NCBI GenBank assembly: GCA_977020255.1
Contig: CDROCS010000321.1
Location: 1 to 64,000, forward strand
Origin: Obrimoposthia wandeli
Lineage: Eukaryota
Direction of reading: 5' to 3'
DNA length: 64,000 bases
The notes beneath the pieces are model-generated. The model did no database searches. It saw only the letters and a list, made by a program, of their open reading frames with translations, and was not told where the DNA came from. Each line of letters begins with the position of its first letter. The first letter of the stretch is position 1. Of this stretch, positions 18,127-27,099 are shown piece by piece. Position numbers and translations under genes: made by a program.

Positions 18127-18543
18127 ATGAGTTCTTATATCGTAGGGCATCTTCCAGAAGATCAGGGCCCAGTAACAAGTATCTATAAAGAAGTTCGAAA
18201 AGTGCCATTTTCGTACACCAGCAAAAAGAATGAAGCAGAATTAGCGGCAGAAGGTTCGACTATTTACGTCATTGAAAAAGGCAAGGAGGGTAGAAAAAAT
18301 GTTTATAAACTCGCCTATAGCTACAAATGTACAGAATGCTTCCGAAAAGCTGGTGGTAAATGGCTAGGTAAATATGATTATAAAAATACAGTGGAATATG
18401 AAAAAGATGGCGAACTGAAATTATTAGATCCGCCATTAGTCATAACTGACCCTGATTTTCTTAGTTGGTATAAAACGAAAGCGTTAGGAATGCGTGTAAT
18501 TCCTACTGAATATGAATCCGTGTTAAAAGCTATGTTAGCTTAG
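18127..18543 (+). CDS. Hypothetical protein, cassette-like
   Basis: 138-aa ORF with a GAGAGG RBS directly after an attC R'; no family recognised. Confidence 0.75.
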   Translation: MSSYIVGHLPEDQGPVTSIYKEVRKVPFSYTSKKNEAELAAEGSTIYVIEKGKEGRKNVYKLAYSYKCTECFRKAGGKWLGKYDYKNTVEYEKDGELKLLDPPLVITDPDFLSWYKTKALGMRVIPTEYESVLKAMLA

Positions 18544-18712
18544 CTATTAGTTTAATATCACCTATGCGGGTTTTTCAATGAAGTCAGCATAAGAGCTGCA
18601 AAAACCGATGAGTTTGAGGCTATTTATAGCATTGCCGTTTAGGACTCTGCTTATGAAGTAAAGGTATTGTGCGGTCAGATACCAGACACAGCGCTATGTG
18701 AATAGGGAAATT

Positions 18713-19120
18713 ATGACATTACGAGTAGTGCCAGAGCTTTATTGTTTTGATATCAATGTGAGTAAATCGTTCTTCATTAATGTATTAGGGTTCACTGTAA
18801 AATACGAACGACCGCAAGAAGAGTTTGCATATCTCACTCTAGATGGTGTTGATTTGATGCTTGAAGGTATTAATGGAAATAGCCGAAAGTGGATTTCAGA
18901 TAAGCTTGAGGCTCCTTTAGGGCGTGGTATTAATTTCCAGTGGGACGTTGAAAATATCGAGGATTTATATCGTGATGTTAAATCACTAGCTTCAGATGCG
19001 ATATATTTAGACTTAGAATCTAAATCATATGAATGTGGCAATAGTATAGCGGTTCAACAGCAATTTATCGTCCAAACCCCCGATGGTTACCTATTTCGAT
19101 TTTGTCAGGACACACTTTAA
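18713..19120 (+). CDS. VOC/bleomycin-resistance-family protein
   Basis: VVPELYCFDI...GRGINFQW...QFIVQTPDGYLFRF; preceded by a degenerate core GCTATGT. Confidence 0.85.
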   Translation: MTLRVVPELYCFDINVSKSFFINVLGFTVKYERPQEEFAYLTLDGVDLMLEGINGNSRKWISDKLEAPLGRGINFQWDVENIEDLYRDVKSLASDAIYLDLESKSYECGNSIAVQQQFIVQTPDGYLFRFCQDTL

Positions 19121-19147
19121 AATTAAATTTACACGTAGAGATCAAAC

Positions 19148-19510
19148 ATGCATTACATACCTATAATCTTGGTTCTTCTTGTCGCTTTAGAGCATATATA
19201 TATTTTAGTATTGGAAATGTTTCTTTGGCATAAGCCAAGGACGCTTAATATTTTGGGATCCTTAAAGAAGATGGGGAATTGCTAAAAGCAGCTGGCTGCT
19301 AACCAAGGGCTTTATAATGGATTTTTGGCAGCAGGCCTTTTTTGGGGGGTTATTGCATCCTCATGAACTGTTCGGACAAAAAATACAGATATTCTTTTTA
19401 TCATGTGTAATTGTTGCTGTATATGCCGGGTTTACAGTGAAAAATCAATATAGGTCATTCAGGGCTGACCGGCAATTTTGGCATTTCTAGCTGTTTTATT
19501 TTTTAGTTAA
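19148..19510 (+). pseudogene. DUF1304-family membrane protein, frameshifted
   Basis: LVALEHIYILVLEMFLW in one frame, LAANQGLYNGFLAAGLFWG in another. Confidence 0.75.
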
Positions 19511-19523
19511 TAACGTACATAAT

Positions 19524-19941
19524 AAACAATAATAGGTGTCGCGTAGCTGCCACTTAAGTCATTCGAGTGATCCAAAAACATGTCATTTCATGGTGGTAGC
19601 AAAAACCGATGAGTTTTGTTTTAATCATGTTTTACCATGCTGTATTCCAATTTCATAGCGGCATCAATATTAGTTAAATTCGTAATTTAAACGCTTTCGT
19701 ATTCCCCGTAAAAACCATAATCCCTTAGTCGTTGAAATTCAACATACTGCGCTAGAATAACCATAAATGGTAACTGAGCGTTTACCTTGCAGCCTCAGGT
19801 TGATAAGATGTTGTTCATAAAGAAAATTAAATTATTATTGTAAATGATCCATACTGTGAACTTGAATAAGACATCACCATAATGGTGATGTTATTGGTTA
19901 GTATGACTGGTCGGGTAAACTCTGTAGCGTATTCGTTCAAA
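19524..19941 (-). mobile_element. Highly degenerate ~420-bp internally deleted derivative of the element, retaining both ends
   Basis: Left end aaacaataataggtgtcgcgtagc after acataat, a transposase scrap reading RLRDYGFLRG on the minus strand near 19705-19735, the recombinase leader, and a right end ...ttcgttcaa. Confidence 0.7.
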
Positions 19942-20033
19942 AATATGTTTAAGCGTAACTAAAAAGTTGGTTAGGTTCCGCTTCGCTACACATAATAACT
20001 AACTATTTTATTCCGTTTAACGCGGTATTATAT
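19935..20033 (+). other. Degenerate attC site
   Basis: GTTCAAA...aagttggttag...taactaact...ccgtttaacgcggt ATTATAT; same architecture as 5043-5141 with mutated R boxes. Confidence 0.6.
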
Positions 20034-20048
20034 TTCAAAGGGTGTGTA

Positions 20049-20501
20049 ATGGAAGATGTAAAATACTTGTGGTTAAAATTTAACGAATATTCTAATAAGC
20101 TTACCACTGAGCTTGGGCGTACGAGTAATGTTGTCGGCGAGTATGCTGAATATCTTGCACATAAATATTATGGTGGCAAATTATTAGAAATCTCTGGTGC
20201 TAGCGCTGATATAGAGTCCACAGATGGTAATCTTTACCAAATTAAATCTCGAAAAATTAAAGGTTCTCCTTCAACTCAGTTGAATGTTATTAGGTCATGG
20301 GATTTCGATTTTTTGGTTGTAATATTATTCGAGACCTGTGGCGCTATTAAAAAAGCAGTTGAAGTACCAGTAGATGTAGCTAAAGAATACGGAGCAGAAA
20401 ATAGTCATCAGAATGGCTGGGTCATAACAACAAGCCAAAAATTTCTAAATGACCAACGAGTAAAAGATATTACAGCCTCCTTATCTATTTTGAACAAATA
20501 A
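20049..20501 (+). CDS. Small PD-(D/E)xK-like nuclease-fold protein, cassette-like
   Basis: VGEYAEYLA...ADIESTDGNLYQIKSR pattern (E...D...QxK); followed by a degenerate attC left half at 20503-20540. Confidence 0.6.
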   Translation: MEDVKYLWLKFNEYSNKLTTELGRTSNVVGEYAEYLAHKYYGGKLLEISGASADIESTDGNLYQIKSRKIKGSPSTQLNVIRSWDFDFLVVILFETCGAIKKAVEVPVDVAKEYGAENSHQNGWVITTSQKFLNDQRVKDITASLSILNK

Positions 20502-20853
20502 AATATAATAAACAGCTGCAGCGGACAAATTTACGCTGCCACCTTTGTGTAAAATACGCCCCCCAAACAAAGATTTAGATGAGAACGAAGAATCATTATT
20601 TGGTTGTTTGATTAATCGTTGATTTAATTCAATTTTTTAAGCAAAGTCAGGGCTCTTTGTGTGCTAACTTGGGTGAAGTGGTACAGCCGTGTGGGAGCAT
20701 GCTATATACTTTTAATCATACTGTAAAATCAGTTCCCGTGCTGTCTAAGAAGGAATCACATAATAAGTGTAGGTAATCTGACTGTAATAACATTAAAGCT
20801 AGTAGGCGCCATGATAAAACATAGACATAATTTCAATTACATGGACTTTAAGT

Positions 20854-21267
20854 ATGAAAAAATAGTTATTTATTTAGCTTTACTAGTTGGTATCACTGGT
20901 TGTTCAAATCAGCAATACCCTGCAAAGCTCAACATGGTAAAAACATAGATGTTGAAGCAAATAGAAGTATTATAGAAGGTTTGGTCTCTGGCGGGGGAAA
21001 GCTCCTGATTCGTTGAAGAATTTGAAATTAACTTCAAGGAAATGTTACTTAGCAAAACCATTTGTTACTGACTATGTAAGCCAGTCTGAATCATGGTGTG
21101 TCGTTGCAAATGATCAAGCGACTAATTCGTATGGTGGTTATGTACGCGGTAATAATGTCATCTATTATAATAAATTAACGAACCAATTGATCCAAAGTTC
21201 ATTGAACAAGATTGCTTCTGATGCATTTGTCTATGAGATGAATGAGTACTTTGTGGTTCTCATGTGA
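20854..21267 (+). pseudogene. Frameshifted lipoprotein gene
   Basis: atgaaaaaatagtt start, then an out-of-frame LALLVGITGCSNQ lipobox; the 3' part is the 21013-21267 ORF. Confidence 0.45.
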
Positions 21268-21320
21268 ACTTTTCATCGCATATTAGGAATAGATGTTAGG
21301 CAGAGTTGATACTTACGCAA

Positions 21321-21375
21321 GTGTTGAGCAAGCCCGACTCTAGTAAATCAATGCATGACCCGCCGCTTCGTTTAA
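21321..21375. mobile_element. Very short fusion of left-end and right-end element sequences
   Basis: gtgttgagcaagcccgactct-agtaaat (compare 2803-2840) followed by cgccgcttcgttt (compare the right end). Confidence 0.5.
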
Positions 21376-21542
21376 AGCGTTTATCCGGCTTGGAATAATG
21401 GCTTGAAGCTTAATACGTTGTTGTATTTATGTCGCCGTTGTAATGATGCGTAGAAATTCAATCTTATTTTATTAAAAACTGCTAATGCCGTCAGCCAGAG
21501 GAATGCAGCAAAGTGTCAGGCATTATGCAAAATGGATGATAA

Positions 21543-21836
21543 ATGGACTATAAAGAATATATTCGCTTAAAGCGTGGAAATAAGAAACTTGTTCTTCAGG
21601 TTTTAAAAGTCCAATGGGGTGAGCCACATATGCCTACTTCTAAGTGGATTACAGTGAAGACTTTAAACACCTCAATAGATCTGATTGAACTTGAAAATGA
21701 AATATCTTTTTTACTCTTAAATACCCAACACTTTGGTTATTGTAATAAATGTAAAGCATACAAAGTTACTGGTCGTATGCATTCAGACTCAAGTTGTCAA
21801 AGTTGTGCTCAGGAATTTTTAGGTATTTGTTATTAG
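21543..21836 (+). CDS. Hypothetical protein with C-terminal CxxC pairs
   Basis: 97-aa ORF with CNKC and CQSC motifs; no family recognised. Confidence 0.55.
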   Translation: MDYKEYIRLKRGNKKLVLQVLKVQWGEPHMPTSKWITVKTLNTSIDLIELENEISFLLLNTQHFGYCNKCKAYKVTGRMHSDSSCQSCAQEFLGICY

Positions 21837-22508
21837 GTAGGTTTTTGCACAATAAATTGCTCGTTGAGTTGAACGTGATATAGTTAAATAAAAATTTGGA
21901 GAAAGTACCAGTGAAAGAACTTTTGAAAAACAAAAGAAACAATGTTATCAGTTTGGTTTAATCATGTTTATCTCTGGTTTACCGGCCTTTTTAGGGTGTA
22001 TTTTACTCCTGTTTGTATTTTGATTTATTCTACGCGTGTAATAACATTCTTAAGTTGATCGTTTTAAAGGATTAAGCGTATTTGATATCACAACGAAAGA
22101 GCTATGAACTATCTAATTTGTTGTTTTATTTAAGTTTAATGAATTCATTACATTTAGTGCATTTATAAACGCTGCTGTAAAAAATTCTCTCAAACCACGT
22201 TCTATTTACTTTTTTCATTATTGACTCTTTACAACACTTCATTATTATTGACCTGTATATGTAGTTGAATATCACTTATTTGCTAATGATAACAATTCTC
22301 ACTCGCCTTGGCGATGATTAAACTAAAATATCAGCACGTTGCAATAAGTATCATGGTCTATGGTTGGCAATAATCGTCAGGTGTCGAATCAGCATATCAT
22401 TGTATCTGGTTAAGGGGGGTTATACCTGAAAGGTACTATTGACGTTTAATATTAACGTTTAGTATAAATCTAAATTTAGTGTAAACCGAATCGTCAAGGA
22501 GGGCGAAA

Positions 22509-23105
22509 ATGAAAGTATATGGTGACTTACAATCAGGCAACTGCTTAAAAGTGAAGATGTTATTATCGTTTTTAAGTATTGAACATGACTGGATTGATGT
22601 GAACATTTTAGCGGGTGAAACGAAAACAGCTGTGTTCCTGTCTAAAAATCCAAACGGCAAGATCCCAGCTGTCGAATTAGATGACGGCCGTTATCTATGT
22701 GAGTCTAACGCGATCTTAGGTTATTTTGCCGAGAACACTCCTTTGCTGCCAGCAGACATTTACATGAAGGCGAAAGTGTATGAATGGCTTTTCTTCGAAC
22801 AATATAGCCATGAACCTTTTATTGCTGTCGCCCGTTTTATTCAAAAATATTTAGACATGCCGAAAGCAAGGATGGATGAGTACGCCTCGCTTCAAGAGGG
22901 TGGTAACAAAGCGCTGCAATTAATGGAAAACCAATTAGCTCAGACTCAGTATTTAGTGGGTGATGAAATGACGATTGCTGATATTTCTCTTTATGCTTAT
23001 ACCCATGTCGCTGATGAAGGTGGCTTTGATTTAAACCGTTATCCAGCGACTCAACATTGGTGCTATCGCATTCAATCAGCATCGGGTTATGTTGGTATGG
23101 CGTAA
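22509..23105 (+). CDS. Glutathione S-transferase family protein
   Basis: SGNCLKV, NPNGKIP, LCESNAI, TIADISLY. Confidence 0.92.
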   Translation: MKVYGDLQSGNCLKVKMLLSFLSIEHDWIDVNILAGETKTAVFLSKNPNGKIPAVELDDGRYLCESNAILGYFAENTPLLPADIYMKAKVYEWLFFEQYSHEPFIAVARFIQKYLDMPKARMDEYASLQEGGNKALQLMENQLAQTQYLVGDEMTIADISLYAYTHVADEGGFDLNRYPATQHWCYRIQSASGYVGMA

Positions 23106-23142
23106 ACGTTTCATTGCTGCGTCAACTCTTTAAGGATGAACA

Positions 23143-23934
23143 GTGAATAAAGCATATGTATTAAATGTATTTACAGGTGAACACGCGCAGGGTAATCCTG
23201 CTGCTGTCGTTAAGTTAACAACTTGGTTGTCAGATACTGAACTGAAAGTATTATCTAAAAATTTAGGCCAACCGGTGACATCTTTTATTGTTGCTACCGA
23301 GCTGGGCTATGCTATTCGTTGGTTTGCTGGTGACGTTGAAATCGACTTATGCGGCCATGGTAGTTTAGCGGCTGCGGCGGCTATTTTTGATATAACACCA
23401 GAGCATGCATTAGACGTCAAACTGCATAGTCAGCATGGTATCATTACCGTTATAAAATTAGTCGATGGCTATTCAATGGTTATGCCGAGTTGGACTGCTA
23501 AACCGAGTTTAGACTTAGATGGCAATGATTATGGCAAGTTATTTGGTCTAGCTCCTATCGATGTGTTTGCAACCAGGGATTTGATTTTAGTACTTGAGGA
23601 TGAGAACCAAGTTCGTAACTTCAAACCTGACTTTTCAGTCATCAAGGGTATAGATGATTACCATGCTGTGATAGTGACAGCAAAGAAAGGCGAGGCTGGT
23701 TATGTGCTTAGATTCTTCGCGCCTAAAATTGGCATTGATGAAGATATCGCGACAGGATCTGCGCAATGTTCATTGGTGCCATATTGGTCAAGCAAGCTGT
23801 CAGCGCATCAATTAGAAGTACATCAGCTATCTCGTCAAGGCGGCTACTTTCAAGTCGCTCAGAAGCATAGCGATAATATTGAATTAAAGGTTAATGTTGT
23901 GCTTAAGCGTGTTGTTAACTTAGACTCAATGTAG
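23143..23934 (+). CDS. PhzF-family isomerase
   Basis: FTGEHAQGNPAAV, EIDLCGHGSL, EDIATGSA. Confidence 0.9.
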   Translation: MNKAYVLNVFTGEHAQGNPAAVVKLTTWLSDTELKVLSKNLGQPVTSFIVATELGYAIRWFAGDVEIDLCGHGSLAAAAAIFDITPEHALDVKLHSQHGIITVIKLVDGYSMVMPSWTAKPSLDLDGNDYGKLFGLAPIDVFATRDLILVLEDENQVRNFKPDFSVIKGIDDYHAVIVTAKKGEAGYVLRFFAPKIGIDEDIATGSAQCSLVPYWSSKLSAHQLEVHQLSRQGGYFQVAQKHSDNIELKVNVVLKRVVNLDSM

Positions 23935-24174
23935 GCATATAACAAGGGACTGCTGAACTCGTATCTCAGCGCCGCTTCATTTCTTATTCGCAATCTTAAA
24001 CAAGCTTGTTACGGTTACTCTTCATCCGAGCCTCACCTAAAACCACCGCAAATACAGACTGCATCAATAATAAACTAAGTTTTCTGCAGTTAAACAGCCA
24101 TAGACCGTAATGAACGTTATAATCACAGCTTAACGATTATCCCTAAACGGGTTAAATACAGGGCGGATAGAAAG

Positions 24175-25713
24175 TTGAAAATTGAAAAGAACCATTGGAA
24201 TATTTGTTCAGCTTGTCAGGGGCGCGGAAAAGTAACGAAGCGCTTGCGCAAGAAAGTCAGACTCCAATATCAGCGTGAGTTAGCGCTATTTGAACAATCG
24301 AACAGCGAAGGAGAAGCGCCTGCTCGCCCTAAGCCTCACCTTGATGCATGCTCGAATTGCAAAGGCTCTGGCCTGATTAGTGCTGCTATCCAAGCCTTTG
24401 CTGAAAGTGGTCCAGATAAAGAAAACTACCCGCACGTTGCCATCATTGGCGGTGGTATCGGTGGCGTGGCTCTTGCTGTGGCTTGCCTGCATCGTGGCAT
24501 TCCTTTTACCTTGTACGAGCGCGATAGCGGCTTTGATGCACGTTCGCAAGGTTATGGACTAACGCTACAACAAGCCAGCCGAGCGATTGAAGGCTTGGGT
24601 GTTGTCTCGTTAGACGATGGTATCGTTTCAACCCGACATGTTGTGCATACGACCGACGGTAAAGTGATCGGTGAATGGGGTATTCGAAAATGGGTGCCGT
24701 CAGATGAGAGAAAGTTACCCAAGCGTACTAATGTCCATATCGCCAGACAGTCGTTACGTTCAGCCTTGCTTGAACAGCTAGGTGGACATGATGCCGTGCA
24801 GTGGGGACATCAGTTAGTCGATTTTAAACAATCAGAGACTGAGGGTGTTGATTTAAGCTTTCAGGTTGATGGTGAGATGAAGCACGCCCGTGCCGATCTT
24901 ATCGTTGGTGCCGACGGTATTCGTAGTTCGGTGCGAAAATTGTTGATAGGTGATGAAGCTTCGCCATTAAATTATTTAGGCTGTATCGCTATTCTAGGCA
25001 TTTGTCCTTTGTCTGCTATAGGTAGTGCTATAGGTAGTACAATAGAAAACGCTGTCGGAAGTGCGATTGAAGGTAATCACGCAGGTGAAATTCTTGATCG
25101 TACTTTACTCGACTCTGCCACGGTATTCCAAACGGCGAATGGCCATGAACGGATCTACATCATGCCTTATGACGCGGACTCGGTAATGTGGCAGCTTAGT
25201 TTCCCAATGTCAGAAGACGAAGCAAAAGCGTTAAGTGCGCAAGGCCCTGGTGCGCTGAAAGAAGAAGCGATTCGTCGTTGTCAGTGGCATGCGCCTATTC
25301 CAGAGATATTAACCGCGACACCAGAAGCATTGGTTTCTGGTTATCCAGTGTATGACCGCGCACTGCTTAAATCAGAATTGTTAGAGAAAGGCACTAACGT
25401 CACGCTAATAGGCGATGCTGCACATCCTATGAGTCCATTCAAAGGGCAGGGCGCGAATCAAGCGCTGTTGGATGCACTGGCACTGGCAAGAGAAATTACC
25501 AAAGAATGCAGACCTTTATCGAAATGGCGAGAAGCAGGCGTGCGGGTAAGTGTGTTAAATACCTTTGAAGCTGAAATGTTAGAACGCAGCGCTAAAAAAG
25601 TGAAAGAGTCAGCGGATGCTGCTGAGTTTTTGCATACCGATATCGTGCTGCATGAAGGCAATGAACCAAGAGGACGCTGTCTAGAGCGAAAAGCGGCAAC
25701 TGAAGACGAATAA
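24175..25713 (+). CDS. FAD-dependent monooxygenase with N-terminal CxxCxGxG zinc-finger-like motifs
   Basis: CSACQGRG, CSNCKGSG, GGGIGG, GADG, LIGDAAHPMSPFKGQGANQ. Confidence 0.88.
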   Translation: MKIEKNHWNICSACQGRGKVTKRLRKKVRLQYQRELALFEQSNSEGEAPARPKPHLDACSNCKGSGLISAAIQAFAESGPDKENYPHVAIIGGGIGGVALAVACLHRGIPFTLYERDSGFDARSQGYGLTLQQASRAIEGLGVVSLDDGIVSTRHVVHTTDGKVIGEWGIRKWVPSDERKLPKRTNVHIARQSLRSALLEQLGGHDAVQWGHQLVDFKQSETEGVDLSFQVDGEMKHARADLIVGADGIRSSVRKLLIGDEASPLNYLGCIAILGICPLSAIGSAIGSTIENAVGSAIEGNHAGEILDRTLLDSATVFQTANGHERIYIMPYDADSVMWQLSFPMSEDEAKALSAQGPGALKEEAIRRCQWHAPIPEILTATPEALVSGYPVYDRALLKSELLEKGTNVTLIGDAAHPMSPFKGQGANQALLDALALAREITKECRPLSKWREAGVRVSVLNTFEAEMLERSAKKVKESADAAEFLHTDIVLHEGNEPRGRCLERKAATEDE

Positions 25714-25838
25714 TAAATAGGAAATGAAAAGCAATATACCAGACGTTTACTCAATTGATTTCGTATACTGAAATAGGTGTCAAACAGTCGGCATCTATTT
25801 CGAGTATTCCGCTTAAGCGAGTGTGATGACTAAAAGGG

Positions 25839-26144
25839 ATGTTTATGTCTGCATATATAATCTACAACTACGAGGTCACTGATAGACCCAGAATTGAAGA
25901 ACTATCACGACGTTCTAAAATCAGTGACGCTAATTCTAAGTACAATCCCAAACTGGTAGCTGCAACCTGCGTTGAAACCATCGAGGGTAAAACCTTGCCG
26001 TACCTTGTTATGTATGAGTTTGAAAATCTCGATATTGCTACCAAGTGGTATTACGATGATGATAACAGTGACATCGCAGTGCTGCGAAAGGACATTACCA
26101 ATGGCTGGGTGTCGATAATCCCAGGCTATACTGCGGAGTCGTAG
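25839..26144 (+). CDS. DUF1330-like protein
   Basis: AYIIYNYEVTD...IEG...LVMYEFENLDIATKWY pattern. Confidence 0.6.
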   Translation: MFMSAYIIYNYEVTDRPRIEELSRRSKISDANSKYNPKLVAATCVETIEGKTLPYLVMYEFENLDIATKWYYDDDNSDIAVLRKDITNGWVSIIPGYTAES

Positions 26145-26146
26145 CC

Positions 26147-26344
26147 ATGAATCAATTAACAGAAACATCTATAGGATGCCCTTACTGTGGTGAGGCAATT
26201 GACGTGCTTATTGATCCTGCAGATTTGGGACAACAGTATATTGAAGATTGCCAAGTATGTTGTAAGCCCATTAACTTCTTCATTTCAGAAAGTGCTGGTG
26301 GCGAGCTTACCGTGACTGTTTACAGTGATGATGAAGCGTTTTAA
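26147..26344 (+). CDS. CPXCG-motif cysteine-rich protein
   Basis: CPYCGE...QQYIEDCQVCCKPI. Confidence 0.88.
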   Translation: MNQLTETSIGCPYCGEAIDVLIDPADLGQQYIEDCQVCCKPINFFISESAGGELTVTVYSDDEAF

Positions 26345-26363
26345 CTAGATCTGTGGAGAGAGG

Positions 26364-26441
26364 ATTGTGAATGGTGAATAGTGGCTCGTAAATCGTAAAT
26401 CGTAATTCGTACATCGTAAATAGAAAATAGAAAATAGAAAG
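26364..26441 (+). repeat. Drifting 7-bp tandem array
   Basis: ttgtgaa tggtgaa tagtggc tcgtaaa tcgtaaa tcgtaat tcgtaca tcgtaaa tagaaaa tagaaaa tagaaag. Confidence 0.75.
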
Positions 26442-26466
26442 GTGCCTTGTGACAGACACCCATTTC

Positions 26467-26892
26467 TTAATGCTTGTATCTAAAGGTATTACTGTCATCC
26501 AAAATTTCTATTCTGACCGGAACGACGCCTTTACTGGTATTGCCGATTTGCTCAAATGCTTTTTGAGAAAGGTCGATTATTCTGCCGCTCACAAACGGCC
26601 CTCTATCGTTAATCTTCACATCGACAGACTTATTGTTAGTCGTATTAACAACCCTCACGACTGTACCAAATGGCAAGGTTTTATGCGCGGCTGTATATGC
26701 TCTCATATTATATGTTTCACCGCTGGCGGTTAGCTTGCCGTGGAATCTTTGACCGTACCAAGAAGCTTGGCCGACAAGATCATGAGATTTTGAATACGCA
26801 ATTGTTTTAGGTGATCCCGTTGCGAGTGTAGATGAACAACCTGTCAGCATGGCAAGGACGCAAATGGTGAATATAAGACTTAATTTCTTCAT
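26467..26892 (-). CDS. rlpA: Septal ring lytic transglycosylase RlpA-family lipoprotein
   Basis: Lipobox MLTGC, GQASWYG...TASGE...TAAHKTLPFGT...INDRGPF...RIIDLS. Confidence 0.9.
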   Translation of the reverse strand: MKKLSLIFTICVLAMLTGCSSTLATGSPKTIAYSKSHDLVGQASWYGQRFHGKLTASGETYNMRAYTAAHKTLPFGTVVRVVNTTNNKSVDVKINDRGPFVSGRIIDLSQKAFEQIGNTSKGVVPVRIEILDDSNTFRYKH

Positions 26893-27099
26893 GTTATTTT
26901 AATACCGCTTTTAAATAATGTTTCATAGGGTTTATGTGTCTCTTAATCTATTTAAGAATTCATCGCGGGTGAGACAGCAATATTATAGTTTTGTTCGCAG
27001 ATTAATCCGTGTTGTTCTTCGTGCATGCTCTGCAAATAATAACGGGTTCAGCGTGTACGTAGCGCAACACGCTGAATAGAAAGCTGAAAACCTTTACGA

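Noticed and set aside
21840-22440. AT-rich spacer with short broken ORF-like pieces
   Set aside because: No frame or repeat could be supported beyond a weak ttaatcatgttt match to 19620; probably decayed cassette DNA.
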